This document shows positions 26,304-32,000 of a stretch of DNA of 32,000 nt, one piece after another. The DNA is from Formosa sp. Hel1_33_131 (lineage in GTDB: Bacteria > Bacteroidota > Bacteroidia > Flavobacteriales > Flavobacteriaceae). Position numbers and translations under genes: made by a program. Under the pieces are notes generated by a model that was not told where the DNA came from, did no database searches, and worked only from the letters and a program-made list of their open reading frames with translations. The stretch is taken from positions 300,001-332,000 of the forward strand of contig NZ_CP017260.1 of NCBI RefSeq assembly GCF_001735745.1, in the 5' to 3' direction. The first letter of the stretch is position 1; every line of letters starts with the position of its first letter.

Positions 26304-28544
26304 ATGGTTAAAAATTATTTAATAGCACTCCTATCGGTTTTAAGTTTTACAACTTCCTTTGCTCAAGCAACTGATGACAATACCAAATACATAGATCCAA
26401 CCATTGGTAATGTGTCCCGCTTTCTGGTGCCAACGTACCCAACCATTCATTTACCAAATCAAATGCTGAGAATGTTTCCTGTAAAACAGGATTATATTTC
26501 AGACATGGTACAAGCGTTTCCTTTTCAAGTACCCGCACACAGACGAAAAGGAATTCTACAAATGAAAACGACTTTAGGAGACGTGAATAACAATTCTTGG
26601 AATAAAGGAATGGCTATAGATCACGATTTAGAAATAGTACATCCATGGTTGTATTCGACCTATTTAATAGAAGATAACATTAAAGTTAGCTTCACCCCTT
26701 CTAAAAAATCGGCAATTTATAAAGTAGATTTCCCAGAGGGAACACAAAAAAACTTTTTAATAAAAGGCACTAAAGAGATGCTGTTTTCTGAAGGTAAAAA
26801 TTCATTTACCATTCAAGAAAAAAGAAGTAAACCAACGAGAGGAGAACATGCCGTTGTAAATACTGTTACAATTTATGTATATGGTGAGATCGTAGATGAA
26901 AAGAATAAGCCTGTAGAAAACATCAACTACACATTTAACACTCATAAACTACAAATTACTGCAACAGAAAACGCAGCCTCAACCTTGCTCATAAAATATG
27001 CTATTTCTTATGTCAGTGATGCACAAGCGAAAGAAAATTTCAATAAAGAAATTAAAAAGAAAACGTTTGAAGATGTATCAAAGGAAGGAAAAAAAGCTTG
27101 GGATCAAGTAACGAATCAAATTCGAGTTGAAGGTGGAACAACGGCTCAAAAAAGAACGTTCTATACATCACTATACAGAACGTACGAACGTATGGTGGAT
27201 GTAAATGAATATGGGCACTATTATAGTGGTTATGATAAAAAAGTACACAAAAGCGATCGACCTTTTTATGTAGATGATTGGGTTTGGGACACCTATTTAG
27301 CACAACATCCATTACGTACGATTTTAAATCCAGCCTTGGAAAACGAAATGCTCAACTCGTACACATTAATGTATGAACAAAGTGGTTGGATGCCCACATT
27401 CCCTCAGGTGTATGGAAATCATTTGTGTATGAATGCCTACCATTCGTCTGCTATTTTTATTGACGGCTACAGAAAAGGATTGAAAGACTATGATGTAGAA
27501 AAAGCATATGCAGGCATCAAAAAAAACCTAATGGAAGGCACCTTTATTCCTTGGAGGCAAGGAAATCCAAGAGGCACTTTAGATGATTTCTATCACGAAA
27601 ACGGCTATTTTCCATCCCTTAAAAAAGGAGAACAAGAAACGGTTGCAAATGTAGATGGTTTTGAAAAAAGACAACCTGTTGCTGTGACTTTAGGAGTCAG
27701 TTATGATTTTTGGGCAGTGTCAGAATTTGCAAAAGAATTAGGGAACACAGACGACTATTTAAAACTGTCCCCAAAAGGAAACGATTATAAAAATTTATGG
27801 CATTCAGAAAATAGGTTGTTTATGCCAAAAGACGCCGAAGGAAATTGGGTGAATATCAATCCAAAACTGGATGGTGGAAAAGGCTATAGAGAGTACTATG
27901 ACGAAAATAATGGGTGGACCTTTGCTTGGTCTGTACAACACGACATTGCAGGACTGACCAATTTGTTAGGAGGTAAACAAGCCGCTCAAAACAGATTAGA
28001 TCAGTTATTCAGAGAAAGTTTGGGCATTAGAAAAAGTGATTTTTTCGTTAATGGTTCTAATTCTACGGGGATGGTAGGACAATTTTCCATGGGGAATGAA
28101 CCTTCTTTTCATATTCCATATTTATATAACTATTTTGGTGCGCCTTGGAAAACCCAAAAACGTACACGCTTCTTGTTAGACGTTTGGTTTAAAGACAATA
28201 TTTTTGGAATTCCCGGTGATGAAGATGGTGGTGGCATGACTGCTTTTGTAGTGTTCACCTCAATGGGAATATATCCAGTAACACCTGGTGTTCCATATTA
28301 CAACATTACCAGCCCAATTTTTGAAAAAACATCCATAAAACTTCAAAATGGAAATACGTTTACGGTTGTGGCGGAAGGTTCTAGCAAAAGAAAAAAATAC
28401 ATTCAGAAAGCATTTATCAACGGGAAAGAGATTTTCTCGCCATTTATTTCGCATCAACAAATTATGGAGGGTGCCACTTTAAAATTAGACTTGGGTGAGT
28501 TACCAAACAAAGAATGGGGTAAAAATGCCGTAATGCCTAAATAG
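26304..28544 (+). CDS. GH92 alpha-mannosidase (divergent N-terminal subtype; paralog of 12868..15123)
   Basis: 746 aa. Signal peptide. YIDPTIGNVSRFLVPTYPTIHLPNQMLRMFP, FYTSLYRTYERM, DDWVWDTYLAQHPL, YEQSGWMPTFP, YYDENNGWTFAW, FSMGNEPSFHIPYLYN, GIPGDEDGGGMTAFVVFTSMGIYP. Confidence 0.92.
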   Translation: MVKNYLIALLSVLSFTTSFAQATDDNTKYIDPTIGNVSRFLVPTYPTIHLPNQMLRMFPVKQDYISDMVQAFPFQVPAHRRKGILQMKTTLGDVNNNSWNKGMAIDHDLEIVHPWLYSTYLIEDNIKVSFTPSKKSAIYKVDFPEGTQKNFLIKGTKEMLFSEGKNSFTIQEKRSKPTRGEHAVVNTVTIYVYGEIVDEKNKPVENINYTFNTHKLQITATENAASTLLIKYAISYVSDAQAKENFNKEIKKKTFEDVSKEGKKAWDQVTNQIRVEGGTTAQKRTFYTSLYRTYERMVDVNEYGHYYSGYDKKVHKSDRPFYVDDWVWDTYLAQHPLRTILNPALENEMLNSYTLMYEQSGWMPTFPQVYGNHLCMNAYHSSAIFIDGYRKGLKDYDVEKAYAGIKKNLMEGTFIPWRQGNPRGTLDDFYHENGYFPSLKKGEQETVANVDGFEKRQPVAVTLGVSYDFWAVSEFAKELGNTDDYLKLSPKGNDYKNLWHSENRLFMPKDAEGNWVNINPKLDGGKGYREYYDENNGWTFAWSVQHDIAGLTNLLGGKQAAQNRLDQLFRESLGIRKSDFFVNGSNSTGMVGQFSMGNEPSFHIPYLYNYFGAPWKTQKRTRFLLDVWFKDNIFGIPGDEDGGGMTAFVVFTSMGIYPVTPGVPYYNITSPIFEKTSIKLQNGNTFTVVAEGSSKRKKYIQKAFINGKEIFSPFISHQQIMEGATLKLDLGELPNKEWGKNAVMPK

Positions 28545-28577
28545 AAAATAATTTAATTAAAATTCAGATTCTTTCAT

Positions 28578-30164
28578 ATGAAAAAATACATTGTAACCCT
28601 AGTTATACTACTCTCACTTATCGGCTGTAAAACAGCAAAAAAAGAAGCTATTTCTCAAAAGCCAAACATTCTTTTTATAATGACGGATGACCACGCATTG
28701 GCTGCCATTAGTGCATACAAAGGGTTTTTAGCAGAAGTGGCGCCCACTCCAAACATTGATAGAATTGCAAATGACGGTATGCGTTTTAATAATATGTTTT
28801 GTACCAATTCTATTTGTGGACCTTCAAGAGCATCGATCTTAACAGGTAAATATGCACACGTCAATGGATTTTTTAAAAATGAAGGTGGTGGCGATTTTAA
28901 TGGCGCACAACAAACGTTTCCAAAGCTATTGCAAAAAGCAGGTTACGAAACTGCTGTAATTGGTAAATGGCATTTAGGAACCGCACCAACTGGTTTTGAT
29001 TACTACAAAGTACTGTTTAATAAAGAAGGACAAGGTTCTTATTTTGATCCGGTTTTTGAAATGGCAAATGATAGTATTGTTGAGGAGAAAGGAAAATTTT
29101 CTACAACCGTAATTAAAGAAGATGCCATTAATTGGTTGAAAAACAGAAAAGACGCTACGAAACCTTTTATGTTGATGTATCAATTTAAAGCGCCGCACAG
29201 ACCTTGGGACCCAGGACCTGGTTATGAAGATTATTTAAGTGAGGTTACACTCCCCTATCCTGCAACATTTAATGATGACTATAAAGGTAGAAAAGCCGCG
29301 AAAGATTCTTGGATGCGAATTGATGGACATATGAATAGAAAAGACGTGAAAATTAAACCGCCATCAGGATTAACTGAAGAGGAATTAATTGCTTGGAATA
29401 AATACGGAAATAACGATGGTGAATTCTGGACACCTGATCCAAACATGACAGATCAGGAACGTAAAAACTGGAAATATCAACGGTATGTAAAAGACTATTT
29501 ACGAGTGGTCAAAGGCGTTGATGATGCCATTGGTGAGATGTTAGACCATTTAGAGAAAAGTGGTTTAGAAAAAAATACAATCATTGTATATACTTCAGAT
29601 CAAGGGTTTTACCTAGGAGAACACGGCTGGTTTGACAAGCGGTTTATGTACGAAGAATCAATGCACATGCCTTTATTGGTGAAGTATCCTAAAAAAATAA
29701 AAGCCGGAAGTGTCAACAACGATTTAGTCCTAAATGTTGATTATGCACCTACCCTATTAAGTTTAGCGGGCATCGAAACTCCAAATGATATGCAAGGAAA
29801 AAGTTTTGTCCCCGTTTTAGAAAACAAAACCAAAGAACCCTTTAGAGACGCTGTGTATTACCATTATTACGAGTATCCGTATTGGCACAATGTCCAACCG
29901 CATTATGGCATTAGAACAGACCGATATAAATTAATCCATTACTATTATGATATGGATGAATGGGAATTATTCGATTTAGAAAAAGACCCTAATGAGACCA
30001 ATAACATCTTCGACACTAAAGAAAATAGTACGTTGATTGCAACTTTAAAAACCCGATTAGCATCCCTTAAAAAAGAAAATAAAATGGACATGTCTGATGA
30101 GGAATTAAAAGAAATGACAGACATCAGAATTAAAAGACGTTACAGAGTTGAGCCAGCAAATTAA
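28578..30164 (+). CDS. S1 formylglycine-type sulfatase, lipoprotein
   Basis: SLIGC lipobox. PNILFIMTDDHA; C-G-P-S-R at 28815..28829 (NSICGPSRASILTGKY); IGKWHLG; YTSDQGFYLGEHGWFDKRFMYEES; LFDLEKDPNETNNIF. Confidence 0.92.
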   Translation: MKKYIVTLVILLSLIGCKTAKKEAISQKPNILFIMTDDHALAAISAYKGFLAEVAPTPNIDRIANDGMRFNNMFCTNSICGPSRASILTGKYAHVNGFFKNEGGGDFNGAQQTFPKLLQKAGYETAVIGKWHLGTAPTGFDYYKVLFNKEGQGSYFDPVFEMANDSIVEEKGKFSTTVIKEDAINWLKNRKDATKPFMLMYQFKAPHRPWDPGPGYEDYLSEVTLPYPATFNDDYKGRKAAKDSWMRIDGHMNRKDVKIKPPSGLTEEELIAWNKYGNNDGEFWTPDPNMTDQERKNWKYQRYVKDYLRVVKGVDDAIGEMLDHLEKSGLEKNTIIVYTSDQGFYLGEHGWFDKRFMYEESMHMPLLVKYPKKIKAGSVNNDLVLNVDYAPTLLSLAGIETPNDMQGKSFVPVLENKTKEPFRDAVYYHYYEYPYWHNVQPHYGIRTDRYKLIHYYYDMDEWELFDLEKDPNETNNIFDTKENSTLIATLKTRLASLKKENKMDMSDEELKEMTDIRIKRRYRVEPAN

Positions 30165-30262
30165 ATCAACTGCTACTTTAATTATTAAATAAAACGATTT
30201 CAAATGTTTATAAAAATATCAAAACCAACAAACATTCTTGTAACGTTTTAAAAAAACAGCTC

Positions 30263-32000
30263 ATGATTAAATCAAAACAGAATTTTAAACTCCTACTTCA
30301 TGTAAGTGCACTTACTATTGTTTTTTTTACTTCATTTAGAGTTCAAGGGCAAACCGTAGGCGTAAAAAATGAGGCCTATTTAGTAGATCATGTAAATCCT
30401 TTAATGGGTACAGATTCTAAAAAAAGTATGTCTAACGGAAATACGTATCCTGCAATTGCCACCCCTTGGGGCATGAATTTTTGGACGCCAATGACATCTA
30501 AAATGGGAGATGGCTGGACGTATAATTACGATGATGATAAAATTAGAGGCATCAAACAAACACATCAACCTAGTCCTTGGTTAAATGATTATGCGGCCTT
30601 TTCTTTTATGGCAGTCACAGGTGAATTAAAGTATCAAGAAGATGAAAGAGCTTCATGGTTTTCTCATAAAGCAGAGACGGTAACCCCTTATCATTATAGT
30701 GTCTATCTAGCAGAATATGATGTAGTCGCAGAAGTAGCGCCAACATCGAGAGCTGCACATTTTAAATTTACCTTTCCTGAAGCAGAGTCTTCATACATTA
30801 TGTTAGATGCTTTTTTCAAAGGTTCCATGGTTAAAATTTTACCAGAAAAACGTAAAATTATTGGCTATTGCAGAAACAATAATGGTGGTGTGCCAGATAA
30901 TTTTCATAATTATTTTGTCGCAGAATTTGATAAAGATTTTGAAATGACACACACTTGGAAAGACGATTGGGAACTTCAAAAAAACAACCTCAATAGCGAA
31001 GGAAAACATGTGGGTGCAATCATTGGTTTTAAAACCAAAAAAGGAGAAGTGGTAAACGTAAAAGTAGCCTCCTCTTTTATAAGTTTAGAGCAAGCACAAC
31101 TAAATTTAGATAGAGAAATTGGGAAAAATTCTTTTATAGACACCAAAGAGAAAGCAAAAAATGCTTGGGAAAAGGAACTGAGTAGAATTAAAATTGAAGA
31201 TGATAATAGTAATAACATCAAAACTTTTTATTCTTGCCTATACAGAGTCTTACTATTTCCAAGAACCTTTTATGAGTTTGATACAGATCATAAAATGGTG
31301 CATTACAGTCCATACAATGGAAACGTATTACCAGGTTATATGTTTACAGACAATGGTTTTTGGGATACGTTTAGAGCGGTTTTTCCATTTTTTAATATGA
31401 TGTATCCAGAACAGAATAATAATATTATGGAAGGTTTGGCTAACACCTATAAAGAATCTGGATGGTTGCCCGAATGGGCAAGTCCTGGACACAGAGCTGT
31501 AATGATTGGTTCTAACTCTGCTCCAATTATTGCTGATGCCTATTTAAAAGGAACTATCAAAAATGAAAAAACTGCAGAAATTTTATTTGAAGCCCTACTA
31601 AAAAATGCCACTGTTGAAGAAGGCAGGCCTGTAAGATCTGTGGGGAGAGAAGGATTAAATTATTACAATACTTTAGGCTATGTCCCTTTTGATGTAAATA
31701 TTAGAGAGAATGCTGCCAAAACCTTGGAATATGCCTATGCCGATTTTACAATTGGGCAAATGGCAGAAAAAATGGGAAAAAACAAAATTGCTAAAAAGTA
31801 TTATGAGCAATCGTATCGTTATAAAAATGTATTTGATCCCTCAACAAATTTAATGCGAGGAAAAAATGAAGACGGTACGTTTCAAAGTCCTTTTGATCCA
31901 TTAAAATGGGGGGGTGCTTTTACAGAAGGAAACAGTTTACATTATACTTGGTCTGTTTTTCAAGACATCGATGGATTGATCAACTTAATGGGTGGAAAAG
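30263..32000 (+). CDS. GH92 alpha-mannosidase (third subtype), 3' end cut by the window edge; not in the supplied ORF track
   Basis: I translated by hand from ATG 30263 and found no stop through 32000. MIKSKQNFKLLLHVSALTIVFFTSFRVQGQ (signal), VNPLMGTDSKKSMSNGNTYPAIATPWGMNFWTPMT, IKQTHQPSPWLNDYAAF, FYSCLYRVLLFPRTFYEFD, GFWDTFRAVFPFF, GWLPEWASPGHRAVMIGSNSAPIIADAYLKG, FTEGNSLHYTWSVFQD. Confidence 0.88.
   Translation, partial: MIKSKQNFKLLLHVSALTIVFFTSFRVQGQTVGVKNEAYLVDHVNPLMGTDSKKSMSNGNTYPAIATPWGMNFWTPMTSKMGDGWTYNYDDDKIRGIKQTHQPSPWLNDYAAFSFMAVTGELKYQEDERASWFSHKAETVTPYHYSVYLAEYDVVAEVAPTSRAAHFKFTFPEAESSYIMLDAFFKGSMVKILPEKRKIIGYCRNNNGGVPDNFHNYFVAEFDKDFEMTHTWKDDWELQKNNLNSEGKHVGAIIGFKTKKGEVVNVKVASSFISLEQAQLNLDREIGKNSFIDTKEKAKNAWEKELSRIKIEDDNSNNIKTFYSCLYRVLLFPRTFYEFDTDHKMVHYSPYNGNVLPGYMFTDNGFWDTFRAVFPFFNMMYPEQNNNIMEGLANTYKESGWLPEWASPGHRAVMIGSNSAPIIADAYLKGTIKNEKTAEILFEALLKNATVEEGRPVRSVGREGLNYYNTLGYVPFDVNIRENAAKTLEYAYADFTIGQMAEKMGKNKIAKKYYEQSYRYKNVFDPSTNLMRGKNEDGTFQSPFDPLKWGGAFTEGNSLHYTWSVFQDIDGLINLMGGK

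Noticed and set aside
22479-29198. Minus-strand short ORFs inside the esterase, sulfatase, manA and GH92 genes (22479..22715, 23084..23284, 23412..23633, 23434..23670, 25133..25414, 26347..26538, 27052..27312, 28260..28460, 28655..28864, 28974..29198)
   Set aside because: They are antisense to strongly supported genes with no recognisable domains, so I treat them as chance ORFs.
30976-31400. Track ORFs 30976..31221 (-) and 31194..31400 (+)
   Set aside because: Both overlap the long open frame starting at 30263, which encodes clear GH92 motifs and was missed by the track only because it has no stop inside the window.
1-32000. Looked for tRNA/rRNA genes, CRISPR-like spaced repeats, transposase or integrase genes, long inverted or direct repeats and defence-system-like gene sets
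   Set aside because: None found. Nearly the whole window is occupied by the PUL genes. The only nucleotide repeat I noticed is the 15-nt duplication inside susC, and similarity between paralogs is at protein level only.

Overview
Visibly AT-rich sequence with Bacteroidota (Flavobacteriia-like) hallmarks: a SusC/SusD pair, a T9SS C-terminal sorting domain and many lipoprotein signals. All 18 genes I can support lie on the + strand with very short gaps (1-15 nt in most cases), forming one long polysaccharide utilization locus (PUL) that runs off both window edges. Inventory: one SusC/SusD pair; four GH92 exo-alpha-mannosidases of three sequence types (the last truncated at the 3' edge and absent from the ORF track); five formylglycine-type sulfatase modules; three GH99/GH71-like (beta/alpha)8 modules (two with an intact ExxE motif, one with it substituted); an alpha/beta-hydrolase esterase; a GluP/FucP-type MFS sugar importer; a type I phosphomannose isomerase; and two small or unknown secreted proteins. 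The inventory points to a sulfated, possibly acylated, alpha-mannan as substrate. The most unusual items are: (i) a >1360-aa T9SS-exported fusion of sulfatase, GH99/71-like hydrolase and Pmp-like beta-helix, whose first two modules are paralogs of stand-alone genes in the same locus; (ii) an apparently uncharacterised GH99/71-like clade as the only candidate endo-acting enzyme; (iii) a GH99-fold lipoprotein with the catalytic ExxE changed to DxxR, sitting in the position after SusD that surface glycan-binding proteins usually occupy. I saw no rRNA, tRNA, CRISPR array, transposase, integrase, regulator or sulfatase-maturase gene. Family assignments come from motif recognition by eye, not database searches.
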